Assembly: GCA_964016885.1 (NCBI GenBank)
Contig: OZ024743.1
Coordinates: forward strand, 300,638,001-300,702,000
Source of the DNA: Eledone cirrhosa
Lineage: Eukaryota
DNA: 64,000 nt
Direction of reading: 5' to 3'
Below, piece after piece: positions 1 to 12,162 of this stretch. Both the position numbers and the translations under genes were made by a program. Numbering within the stretch: the stretch's first letter is position 1; every line of letters begins with the position of its first letter. The notes below the pieces were generated by a model. That model did no database searches and was not told the DNA's origin. It saw only the letters and a list, made by a program, of their open reading frames with translations.

Positions 1-664
1 AGTAAATGTTGTTGAAAATTCCATTCGTTTCTGTTTAATTATATCATGAAGCCGCATGATAAACGGAAATATATTGTAAATGTTTAGTGACAAGTTGTCT
101 ACATGCATGATATAAAGGCTCATTAAAATTTGGTGAAGCGTAAATTAGTAAAGTTACGAATAAATCATAAGTATGAGGAAATAAATGGGACGATGTATAG
201 TAACGATGTTATAAAACCCACGAGCATTATTGGAGAATTGGTAGGCTCCTGAATGTATCAGACGTGGTTTTAGATAAATTCTATAATGATCCAAATAAAA
301 GTTTTGTCGGAGCTAAAGTTTTGCATAGGTTTTTTTTCTCTTCAGTGTTGTATTCTTCCTTCAACCACTGCCGAACACATGGCGCTAATTCATTCTGTTA
401 TTTGTAATCGTCGTTGTGCTGTTCCAACCATAATTCTGTGTACTATGAACATATCCGTGTGCTATTTGATTCACATGATTATGTTACTGATATAGATATT
501 CAGCCTGGTGAAGCAGAAAATGCCTAACATCCATGTAAATGAAATTTACCTTAGTCATCCTTTCTCCGTTTCCGATACTGCACAAGAGAAAGGCAAAGGC
601 ATATATAAATTTGCACCAGTGGCGTCGCAACACTCATGTTCATGATTGTGAGCCCAACGCTTTT

Positions 665-702
<38 letters not shown>

Positions 703-1541
703 TCTTCATCCAGGTCATACACATATAACACATGACATAAGGTATTAATTTAGATATGTGTATTATACACGAATACAATACCACGATTTAATTTGTTCGT
801 CCTTCTGTCTGCTCCATCCTTCATAAATCTCCTTCCGATTTTGTGTTGGTCACTCCTGTCTCTCAGTACAGTGTTGATGTAGTTTTCGTATCTCTTGACT
901 CAATGTGCCCTTCCTTCTTTCGACTTACAGAACACCATAATAAACAGTATTTCCTCACCATGACGTAATCAGTGGCCTGCGACTCTGATTCTCTGTTGCT
1001 GTATCCAATATTTTCCATTAATGAGGTATTTGTTGTCATACACAGCAAACGTTCAGTGTAACCATGCAGTTGTTTCATCGATGCTTCCGAGATTGTCAAA
1101 GATTCTGATTCAAATGGTGCGATGTACATATTGTCTTCATACTGTTACAAGCATTCCCTGTTACTGCCTTTCTGATTTGTCAGGTATTTAAAGATGTTTA
1201 ACCCCCCCACCCCACCCCTAAAAAAAACCAGTCCAACGTTGGATGATTACTGTTTATTTTATTAATTTTTCTTTTTCAAATCAAAACCTGGAATTGGTAT
1301 TGTTTTGCAGATCTACCTACTTCGCTTCATTCTTAGTTCTCAAAAGAAATTCTTAGGCTTGATACACTCCTTCTGTAAGTATTGGTATACCTCAGTAAAA
1401 TCAAAATATCCAACAACCTCTTTTAAAATAGGACATTGATCACTATACTCAGAACACGCAATAAACTGTTTTGAATCAGGTTGAAAAATATTCATAAATA
1501 TTTATAAACATCGTTAGGAACATTTTCGGATACAAAATTGA

Positions 1542-2200
1542 TTAATAGGCTGTGCCTGAAGCAAACACACACACACACACACACAGGTTGACGTTTCTTT
1601 CAAAATTAAAAGCGTCGCCTCTCGTATTAGTTAAGCCTGTTACTGTGTAGTTTTGGTTCTGTGTGAAGTTTGTAAGTCTGATCTCTAGTCTGGATGGGTT
1701 ATTCCATATGTGTGTGAATGTATCTCCTTGTCTTAATTTTATTTTAGATCTCACATCTCTCCAGTCATGTAGTTTATGAATAAATAATGTACTTTTTAAA
1801 GTTGTTTCCGTAATCGGTTTAGTAGAAAACTGGTTGATTAATGGTATTGGCGCGCAATATATAAATTTATAAGTCGGCAGTTCTAATTCTGTGAAAGTTG
1901 TTGGTTGTGTTAATTGTAATCCATCGTTCGGTAGTTTTGATATAGTTTTTAAATTACGGTGTCCGATATACTTTCCAGTATCAACATAAATATCGAAATA
2001 TGGTGTTGGTGAATCTATGAATATTTCCTCGTTGTTTCTCGCCTGGAACTCGCCACATATGATATCGTCAATTTTGAAACCTTGTTTAGCTACTCTGTAC
2101 GATTTAGCCATTTGAGTCATTGCCTCCCATTGTGTAGGTTAAATCAAAGATGTCATCCAATACGGTAAGGTATAGTCTTTAGATTCCATTACACCTTTAG
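1542..2200 (-). pseudogene. Parvovirus-like major capsid protein fragment
   Basis: ORF 1542..2120 plus upstream in-frame PTQWEA; same strand as and collinear with the PLA2 domain; ends in a (CA)n run. Confidence 0.6.
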
Positions 2201-2223
2201 CGTAATGTCCTATATTATGATAT

Positions 2224-2338
2224 ATTTTTTTAATGGATTTTTTTTAATGGGTTTTTTTAAATGGGTTTTTTTAAATGGATTTTTTTAATGGATTTTTTAA
2301 ATGAATTTTTTTAATGGATTTTTTTAATGGGTTTTTTC
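2224..2338. repeat. ~16-18 bp minisatellite (TTTTTTAATGG[A/G]TTTT) inside the capsid gene
   Basis: About seven imperfect copies visible. Confidence 0.85.
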
Positions 2339-2694
2339 TCCTGTGGATGGGAATTTTTCGAATATGACTTTCGCTTCATACATGTTAGTTTTTTTTACAA
2401 CGTTTCTGAACGTTCTCGATATTGTGGATTTTCGTCTAAAGTTTCCTGAGTCGTCCTGAAATCCTGATGATTGGATGTTTTGTGTTGAATGACTTGGTTG
2501 AGCGTTTGCCTCGCTTTGGCCGCCTTCGTTTGAATCTGCCATATTTTGATTAGGTATGGGATTAGAAAACAAAGCACGATAATTATCTGGATGGGCCGGT
2601 CTGAAGATTTGATCGAGTCCAAAATTGTGTTTAGCTTAGATAGCTCCTGCTGAATAATTCCGAACGGGCCTTGGTGTATTGCTCTGTCGATAAA

Positions 2695-2913
2695 CTATTT
2701 GTCTGCCTCCCAAGTATCCTTATAAGGATCGGTGTATTGGAGGTCATGGACTTTCGCTAATCTATCGAGTTCGTTAAGAGGTTCTTCTTCTAACTTACTG
2801 AATATATGCGTACCAGGACCTAGAAATCTGTAGCCTGGTGGATGTAATTCACAAGTTGACACTTTTAATGTATCGGCTACGCTCTTTTTTTTGACACCTC
2901 TTATCGGTGGCAT
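2695..2913 (-). pseudogene. Parvoviral VP1-unique phospholipase A2 domain
   Basis: 72-aa ORF with YRFLGPG and DRLAKVHDLQY; an in-frame TAG is followed by FIDRA...GPFG, continuing the domain. Confidence 0.85.
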
Positions 2914-2931
2914 GTGACACTTTCAAATGAC

Positions 2932-2960
2932 ACTGTCAATGGTTTACATCGATATTTATA
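2932..2960 (-). promoter_or_regulatory. Putative viral capsid promoter (TATAAAT plus CAGT initiator)
   Basis: Minus-strand TATAAAT at 2960-2954, CAGT ~26 nt downstream (2935-2932), ATG at 2913. Confidence 0.45.
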
Positions 2961-3039
2961 ACGGGGCACCTCTTACTTCCAGCGCCAGCGCTTTCACGAA
3001 GGTCCCCCTTCTATTCCAAATTAAATTTAATTAGTATTG

Positions 3040-3094
<55 letters not shown>

Positions 3095-3532
3095 GCAGAC
3101 CCCCCCCCCCCCCACATCCACCCCATTCTCCCCCACATTCAACCCCCCCCCCCCCACACACACACATACGCCCCCACACACAATAATATATACTTATTGC
3201 AATATTCGTGGAGACACGCGAATACATGTTAACAAGTTTGAAAATGGGTATTTCACTCTTGCTATATAGACATTCTCGTAAGACGGGTAGGAATCTCTAC
3301 TGTTTGTGTATATATAATATGAATTTTTAGTATACTGCAGCTGTTTTGTACATAGTATTATTTATAATTGAATTAGCTATCATGCTAGGCACTATAGATA
3401 TATACAAACATACATGCATTTATAAATCATTGCAAACACATATATACGTACACACACGCACAAACACATATACACACACTCATCAATTGTGATCATACCA
3501 AAATGAGATAACTAGTAATTGCGGCCGGTTAA

Positions 3533-3611
3533 GTACAAGCCAGCAAAATGTTCCTCATTACGAAACTTTGCAACACAGTTTCGTAATGAAGAATATTTTG
3601 CTGGTTTGTAC
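3533..3611. repeat. Short imperfect palindrome / MITE-like hairpin
   Basis: gtacaagccagcaaaatgttcctcattacgaaact ... agtttcgtaatgaagaatattttgctggtttgtac. Confidence 0.75.
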
Positions 3612-4775
3612 TTTGCGTTCCATTTCCCTCATAGAAATAATTTCTTAACGCAGACTACCTTATTCTTCGATATGGGTATATAAACATTTTAGATTTGCAT
3701 GTTACTTATATATTAATGAATTTACCACATTGCATCAAATTCATCTTCTCTAGGATGGGTTAAGCTTCATCTCGAAGGGAGAATAAAGAAATAAAGCAAT
3801 GGATATATATATATGATTAATTGTTAGGGTTATGATATTTATAAACATGTATTCAATTGACAAAATATATTGATAGTATGAATAAGAATATTTCAGAATG
3901 TATGTAAAGATGAATGTTTAATATCTAAACTTATATTCATTTAAATATAGTAGTTTATTGTATTCAATGAATTTTTTTTGAATGATTCATACACTTAATT
4001 CATCACATCAAAATGATTAAAAAAACTTACATCTCTTCGATATTATCAAAACAGAACCTGTGTATAGCATGGATTCAGTGGAAAATACTGTCTTACACAC
4101 ACATGCTCTCATCCAAATTCGAGCAATGCAAATTACGACGCTGTAAATGTAGAAAGCCTACAGTACCAAACTATAAACAAAACAATATTTAAGTTGCACC
4201 TTTAAACTTTGCGGAAAAATGAATTCGGAGACAAGTTCCTTAATAGGATGTGGGTGTAATGAAACTTATCTGTTTACAGCAAACATTAAAATACATCATA
4301 GAATGTGATCTCGTTTAAATGAAATTAATAAGGATATTTGGGTTTGGATAATAAATACAAGAATTGTCTCAAAGCGAGTGTGGTATTTGTCGTTCTTTAG
4401 TCCACTCCATTAAAATCTTAACTCATAACCTGTGAAGTTTCCTATAAGCTGCATCCTCTAAAAGCCGTAAAGAATTAAACAAATAAGACTTGGGCCAGCA
4501 CACTCATTGTATTTAGGGATTTTGAGTTCATACTTATAGAATCATCCTGATCTAAAATTCAGATTTAAAAATCAGCATGGATCTCTTCTACTTCATGAGT
4601 AACAGCGGAGTATAAATATTTTGATTTTTACATTTTTGATTTGAGTGAAACTTTCGAGAGAATTCGCAGACAAAATTTCTCGATTTAAAACGGTATAATT
4701 CCATTCAGAGGTTTTCGACTATATTATGACTAAGATATCTCTCTCCCCCTCTCTATCCCTCATCTCCCTCTCTCT

Positions 4776-6303
4776 ATCATCATCACCGTTTTACGTCCAT
4801 TCTTCCACGCTAGCATGGGTTAGACGGGTTGTCCTATTGTGAGCAGTGCCCGTCGGCTGACCTTGACTTGCTCAAACGGCAACCGATATTGGCTCGATTT
4901 CTACAGATGGATTCCCTTCCTAACACCAACCTCATTTACAGTGACTGGTGGGTGCCTTTTTTTCGTGGCGCCTACACGACTACTTTACGGTGTGGGCTGG
5001 GTGCCTTTTTGCCGTGGCACATCCACGAGCGCTTTGCAGTGGGGTGGGGTTGGGAGCGTAATGTCTATATGCTTCAGCTTCGACTTGTATCCGTGGCATG
5101 TCGGGTCTTCTGTATTACTGTGTGACCCCAGAAATCACGCTCCTGTGTCATCGCCTTTGAGAGGTGCAATTGGGTAAGGTAGGACTTTTCCACCTCATCT
5201 CACGTCTTCTTGGGTCTCCCTACTCCACGGCTTCCATCGATTTCTAGTGTTCTGCACCTTTTTATGCAGCTGTCATTCTTCTTACACATCACATGTCTAT
5301 ACCAACGCAACCTCCTCTCCTGCACACCGCATTTAATGCATATTATGCACACTCTCTCTCTCAAATCATTTATGCTATGCCTTTCACGTATATTACTATT
5401 ACACATCCATCGGAGCATGCAAGCTTCGTTTCTTTCTAATCTACACAAGTCTTCTACACACAACACCCAAGTCTCATTACCATGCAACATTGCTGTTCAT
5501 ATACACGCATCATACAGTCTGCCTTTCATTTTGAGGGAAAAGCCTGTTGCAGCTAGCAGTGGCAGTAGCTCCCTGAACTTCCATCCCGTTAATTCCCTGG
5601 CTACTGTACTTTCCGAACACCCACCTCAACTGCTAATTCAGTCTTCTAAGTAACAAAAGCTGCCTACTGTTTCTACAGAGCCCTCGCAGAGTTTGGTGGT
5701 GCTTGTTTCCCGCGGCCGTTTGCTGCTTGCTGACCCAGTGCAGCTGCTGCATATAACGCCTGTATTCTAAGCTAAGCTTTCTGAGCCCCACTACATCTCT
5801 TGAGTAACCATTGTTTGCATTTGGGGCAGAGGATGTAGTTCATACCTACACCATTCCTACATACTGAGCTAGGCCATTTCCCTGAGGGGATCTGAGCTCT
5901 GTTTTCTCGTCTATTTACGAGGACCCTAGTCTTTGTCAAGTTGACTTTGACATCTTTTCATTCTAGTCCCTGCTTCCATTTTTGGAATTTCTTCTCTAGT
6001 TCCAACATAGATTCAGCTATAAGTGTGAGATCATCCGCATACAGGAGATCCCATAGGCATCCGGTCTTAAACTCCTCTGTTATTGCCTGCAATACTATAA
6101 TGAACAGGATAGGGCTAAGAACAGAGCCCTGATGGACACCGACCTGTACTAAATTCCTCGCTATAGTCATTGTTAACCCAAACTTTGCTGACTGCTGACC
6201 TACACATGTCTTGTACTGCTTTCACAAGCCATTCATCTACTACTAGTTTTCTAAGAGCCCCCCAAATTAGAGCGCGAGGCACTCTGTCAAAGGGTTTTTC
6301 AAA
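4776..6303 (-). mobile_element. 5'-truncated, degenerate RTE-clade LINE (RT fragments plus 3' UTR)
   Basis: [22 protein letters not shown]...LLYADDL, MLHGNETW...MLRWMC...RRLRWYRHV...GRPKKT; 3' end with a (GAT)n tail. Confidence 0.9.
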
Positions 6304-6323
6304 TATATATATATACATATATA

Positions 6324-6432
<109 letters not shown>

Positions 6433-6488
6433 CGTTTCTGAATTTGCTTAGCAAGATTCTTTATCTGAAATCGTGTGTTGAAACGGAT

Positions 6489-6787
<299 letters not shown>

Positions 6788-6819
6788 ATTTCACTCTACA
6801 TGGCTGAATACAATAAATG

Positions 6820-7708
6820 TAATCTGAGTTTTTCGAATATTAATAATAACATTCGATTTGTTTGCAATTATTCAAACAAGCCTCTATTTCATAACCATGT
6901 CAGTAGAATGAACAATTCATTCTTGCTCTTGTGCCGGCATGCGAACCGACCTGCAGAGTATAATGTTCCTGGGTATCACCCTTCATCAGTACAGCTCACT
7001 GTTCACCTGCCAAACTGTCAGAGCTAGGGAAAATATATAATATTTTCAAAAATACAGTGACTGATCGGCTTCATTTGCATGTTTGCAGATTGGCTGATCA
7101 GTCAGATCTGCATATTAGCAGATCCACTGATCAGCCAGATTTGCATATTAACAGACTGGCTAGTCAGTCTCCTGTATGCAAGCGATATATGGCCGGCTTT
7201 GCAAACTTCAATTAAAAAAGAAAATATCGCCCTACATGGGTGAATACAATAAATGTAATCTGAGTTTTTCGAATATTAATAATAACATTCGATTCGTTTG
7301 CAATTAGGCAAACAAACCTCAATTCTGATTGATCGGCCAGAGTTGCATGTTAGCAGGCAAAGCCGGCCATTTATCGCTCGTATACAGGAAACTGACTGCC
7401 CAGTCTGCTGATATGCAAATCTGGCTGATCAGCCAGTCTGCTAACATGCAAATCAGGGCGATCAGTCATGTATATTTTTGAAAATAGCATATATTTTCAC
7501 TAGCTCTGAGAGTTTGGCAGGTGAACAATGAGCTGTACTGATGAAGCATGATACCCAGGAACATTAGTGTCTGCAGTTCTTTTCGCATGCCAACAGAAGA
7601 GCAAGAATGAAGTGTTCATTCTACTGACATGGCTATAAAATTGAACTTTGTTTGCATAATTGCAAACGAATCGAATGTTATTATTAATATTCGAAAAACA
7701 CAGATTAC

Positions 7709-7712
<4 letters not shown>
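6820..7712. mobile_element. Palindromic non-autonomous element (~370-bp diverged inverted arms, central partial third copy)
   Basis: 6827-7200 matches the reverse complement of 7340-7710; the first ~80 bp are repeated directly at 7243-7320; flanked by (TA)n. Confidence 0.8.
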
Positions 7713-7747
<35 letters not shown>

Positions 7748-8536
7748 GTTTCTTACAATATATGGTGTTACATTAATGTCAAATCCCTTCTTTGTGAAAG
7801 TAAAAATAATTTGTTTGACGTAAATAAATTATTCATATTAGTATTAGAACTTTTCAGTTATATTTCTAAACCATGTTTACGTGATTCAAATCAGATATAT
7901 GTACACCAAAATACAACATCCGTGTGTTTACATATAATCTATATATTATTTATGAAGACATTCCCTCAAAGATTTCATCATTTAAGTGTACCGGTGTTAT
8001 ACAGAATATAATAAATCATCCAATCTAATATTTAATTGAAGTGAATTTGAAATGAAGACCTATAACGTTGTATCAATAATAACTATATCGTTAATATTAA
8101 GATAATTCTCGATACACGCCTCGTTACAATATGAAGTCTTCTTTTCTTTAAATGAAGTTACAATTATTCTGAACGTAGTGACCTTTCACACACACACACC
8201 ATAAATGTAAATGTACATGTGTACAATTAAATAGGTATTACAGAGGAGAAAATAAATTATCATATTGAGAATTCTGATTTCAAGATGAGGTTTTATGTAT
8301 AGATAAAAATGTAAGCAGCAATGAAATTAAAGAAACCATATAAGACTATATTAAGATTGATAACAATTATAAATACCCATCCCGCCTTGACATTAAAAAG
8401 GATTATATATTGAATTCTATTTTGTTATGTATACACATGTCATATATGATGACGTTTCGATAGATAGATGTGCAGCTTGATAGAAATTGAGGTAGGTCTA
8501 CAGAAAATAAACACACACACAAGCCCGCACATACAG

Positions 8537-8596
<60 letters not shown>

Positions 8597-8618
8597 TTTT
8601 ATATATATATATATATAT

Positions 8619-11600
8619 ATTAATAAGAGGAATTCCAACTTTGTCTGATTTACTCGTTTTATTTACAATCCTTTAAAATATATATAATATGGTATTATAA
8701 TGAAATAGTATGATAGAATATTAAATTCTAAGTGTTAATTTCATGCTTTCGCAATCTTCAGGTTCATGATATGTGGTGACAGTCGAGTTTGCAATTTTCA
8801 ACTGTAATGAGATGGGTAAATTTACTACCTTTTATACATTTTATACAGAGAAAAGTGGCTCCAGAATGCAAAGCCCGGTAAACAGTATTTCGACCAATCA
8901 GAGTGTAGTTTCACTGAATTACTACAGCTTATTGGTTTAAGCGTCACGGCTGGTTGAGCATGCTAACGTCCAATAGTCATACCCAACGTATCAATTGTTT
9001 TGCTTTTTGAAATTATGAAAATAGCATTTTCTATTAATCATCACCATCAACATTACTTTTATTATTATTATTATTGTTGTTGTTGTTGTTGTAAGTGGTC
9101 GTGGTCATAGTGGTAGTAGAAGTAATACCCCTAGGCGTTATTATTGTTCATTTAGCTTGGGTTTGAATTTATCAATAAAATTCTTTTCTTTGATTTTTCT
9201 CTTGATTTCACTTGGGCTGTGTAATTTGTAGAATGGGAATATTATAAATATTCCCTGACCACATGTTGCCAGGTGGCCGCTTAGGGGTATCTGACGGACA
9301 TTTGGGTCTCTGATTTGTTGACGGTGTACCCGTGCACGTTCCGATAGTGCATTTCCAGTTTGACCGACATATAGTTCTTCACAATTCGGGCATTTAATGC
9401 AGTAAATTAGATTTCTGCTTTTGCAGTTCATATTTGCATTTGGGAATATTTTTCCAGTTTTTGTTTTCATATATTGACCGGCGTGTATGGATTGACATGT
9501 GCCGCATCGATTATCATTGCATTTAGATACAGTGAATGATTGGTCTTTGTTGTTAAGGTCAAACTTTGCTTATGTTAGCAATTGCTTCAACTTTTTTGGC
9601 TGTCTTTTACTAAGAGTCAAAGATCGATCTGTGATTAAGCCTTTTAATTCATTACTTTGAGCAATGATCGGTAGGTTTGCTTTGGCAGTGTTGAATATAT
9701 TCTGGTGACATGGGTTGTGTGTCATTATAAATGGTATGACCAGTTCTTGGTTTCTTCTTCCTTGGGTTGTTCTAAGTTGTTGTATAGGTATTTTTATAGC
9801 CCGCTGTATGCCATTTTCTATAAGTGGTGATGGGTATTTTTGTTTGAGCAAAAATTCTCTTAGTTCTGTTAGGCGTTTGTGCCTGGTATTCGTATCTTCT
9901 ACAATGGTACAAATTCTTCTGGCTAGGCAGTATGGGATGTTGCGTTTTGTATGAGGTGGATGGCACGACTTAAAATTCAGATATTGATGGGTGTCTGTGT
10001 GTTTATAATATATATCCGTGGTAATGGTGGTGTCGTTTTTGATTATCATTATATCTAGGAATGGTAATTTGGTCCTACTCATCTCTTTTGTGAATTGGAG
10101 AGATGGGTGTAGGTTATTCAGGAGGATATTGAACTCATCCAGAGTATCTAGAGATTCTGTCCAGATGATGAAACAGTCGTCAAGGTATCTCTTCCAAGAT
10201 TTTTCAATGTACTTTCTAAAGTCAGTACTATATTTTTCCTCTATTTCTTGGTAGAGTTGTTGTTCTAAGTATCCCATTACAGAGTTCGCGTAAACGGGAG
10301 CAAACTTCGTTCCCATCGCTGTGCCTCTAATTTGGATGTAATTCTTTCCATTGAAGAAGAAAGTGTTGTTTTCCAGAATAAGTTTAACTGCGTCTAATAT
10401 AAATGGCGCTGTGAATCCAATGGGAATCACTTCTCTATGTTTTTCCACCCAGTATTTAACCGCCTTTATTCCTAAATCATGCGTAATGTTGGTGTAAAGG
10501 CTTACCACATCAAAACTGAGTAGAAGTGAATTCGTTTCCGTGGTTTGTGGAAGATGGGACAGGAAGTCGATATCATCCCGGATGAAACTGGGTATGTGAA
10601 TACATAGTGGTTTCAAAATAATGTCAACAAAATTGCTTAGACGGTGAGTGGGGCATGTTGGACCAGCTATAATAGGTCTAAGTTTTAAGTCTTTTGGGTG
10701 TAATAATTTAATGTACTCACTGTTTTGTTCTCTTACTGCCAGTTGTATTTCTTTTGACTTGTGAACTTTCGGTAGGCCATACAGTTTTCTGGGTTTCGGC
10801 TCAAAATTGGTGATGTAGTCTCTTTCCTTATCAGTAAATGAGTTGTGGTATTTTGAAGCCAGGTTGTTGATCTTCTTCATGATGTTGTGGTCTATATTTG
10901 ACGGTATTTCATGATAGAATGTTGTGTCTTTCAGTTGTTCCTCAACCAAATCCTTGTAGTATTCAGTATCCATTATAACAACTGCAGCCCCTTTATCTGC
11001 TTGTTTAATTATTATTGTTTTATCATTTTGTATACGTTTAAGTGCAGACATTTCTGATTTGTTAATGTTTGGCCTAACATTAGTATTATGTCTAAGAGGA
11101 AATTTAGACAGGATGTCAATGTATTGGTCGAGATAAATATTTCTTCATTTTGGCGGAGTGAAATTTGATTTATTCTTTACTAGTGATTCATCACTCTCAT
11201 TATTTTTATCAGCGAAGAATTCTACAAGACGTAATTTTCGACAGAATTCTTGGGTATCCTCCTTCAGTTCTTGGTGGTTGACTGTTGGAGTCGGTGTGAA
11301 TTTCAGTCCTTTTGACAGAATTTGCATTTCATCATTGTCAAGATCTCTTTTAGATAAATTAATTATTTTAGGATCTACGTGTACAGCTGTTTTGGGTATG
11401 TTTCCTCCTGGAGTTTTTCTTTTTCCGGTTTTTGTTGTCGTGACGATAAAAAATGAATTTTTCTCTGTTCAGGATTTATATTCCTGTTGGTGTTCGCTTG
11501 ATGAACTTTTGGTCGTGATATTATATTTGGTTTCGTTATGTATTTTGTCCTATTTTTGGTATTCTGTATATTATTTTTCTTCCTGTTAGCATTATTTTTA

Positions 11601-11956
11601 ACAATCTGGGAAAATGACCTAGGTTTGCTTTCAGGTTTAGATCGTTTTTTCGTCCAGTTTCTTGTGGGCAATCTCTGTTGAGATCTTGAGTGTGATCTGG
11701 TTATTCTACGTTTTGTTTCCTGGTAGTCTCTGTTGAGATCTTGAGAATGATCTCCTGGTTTTACTACTTCTCATGGTCTGGTCAAATGAATACCTATCGT
11801 GTTTGTGCTTTTTGTTCATGTTTTGTGCGATAGGGTGTTTTTGTAGAAAAAGCGAAGAGTTATTAGCGTAGTTCTTCGTTGATTCAAGGTACGGTGAGTG
11901 TTTGTGTTGGTACGTGTTCTGGCGTATGTTGTGTTGATGAGATTGTCCACATTTTA
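8619..11956 (-). mobile_element. Penelope-like element (RT plus C-terminal GIY-YIG, Neptune-like), left copy
   Basis: INLS..L...E..ILSKGLKF, YGLPKVHK, RPII, FDVVSLYTNI, GTAMG, RYLDD, PFLD, CNDNRCGTC linker, IYCIKCPNC..YVGQT..RARVH..GH. Confidence 0.93.
9141..11453 (-). pseudogene. PLE RT-GIY-YIG ORF with two in-frame nonsense codons
   Basis: ORFs 11145..11327, 9570..11051 and 9141..9470 share one frame; TGA at 11145 is GGA in the right copy and TAA at 9570 is AAA in the right copy. Confidence 0.9.
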
Positions 11957-12162
11957 AACTGGACGAAAAAACGATCTAAACCTGAAAGCAAACCTAGGTC
12001 ATTTTCCCAGATTGTTAAAAATAATGCTAACAGGAAGAAAAATAATATACAGAATACCAAAAATAGGACAAAATACATAACGAAACCAAATATAATATCA
12101 CGACCAAAAGTTCATCAAGCGAACACCAACAGGAATATAAAACCTGAACAGAGAAAAATTCA

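Larger units (their letters stand above)
1542..2913 (-). mobile_element. Endogenous parvovirus/densovirus-like element: degraded VP1/VP capsid gene
   Basis: N-terminal PLA2 motif PGYRFLGPGT...PLNELDRLAKVHDLQY...EADK (parvoviral VP1u calcium loop and HDxxY). After a stop and a frameshift the frame continues AKHNFG...MADSNEGG...TISRTF, then LPYWMTSLI*PTQWEAMTQMAKSYRVAKQGFKI, which resembles the parvoviral capsid P-W...P-x-x-W-Q-x-L...R-P...K-I block. Interrupted by stops, a minisatellite and a (CA)n tract. Confidence 0.75.

Noticed and set aside
863-1129. 88-aa ORF near the viral element, considered as an NS gene
   Set aside because: No HUH or SF3 helicase Walker motifs
9570-11147. Rescue of the left PLE stops by A-to-I editing or readthrough
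   Set aside because: The sister copy shows GGA and AAA at these codons, so they are ordinary point mutations
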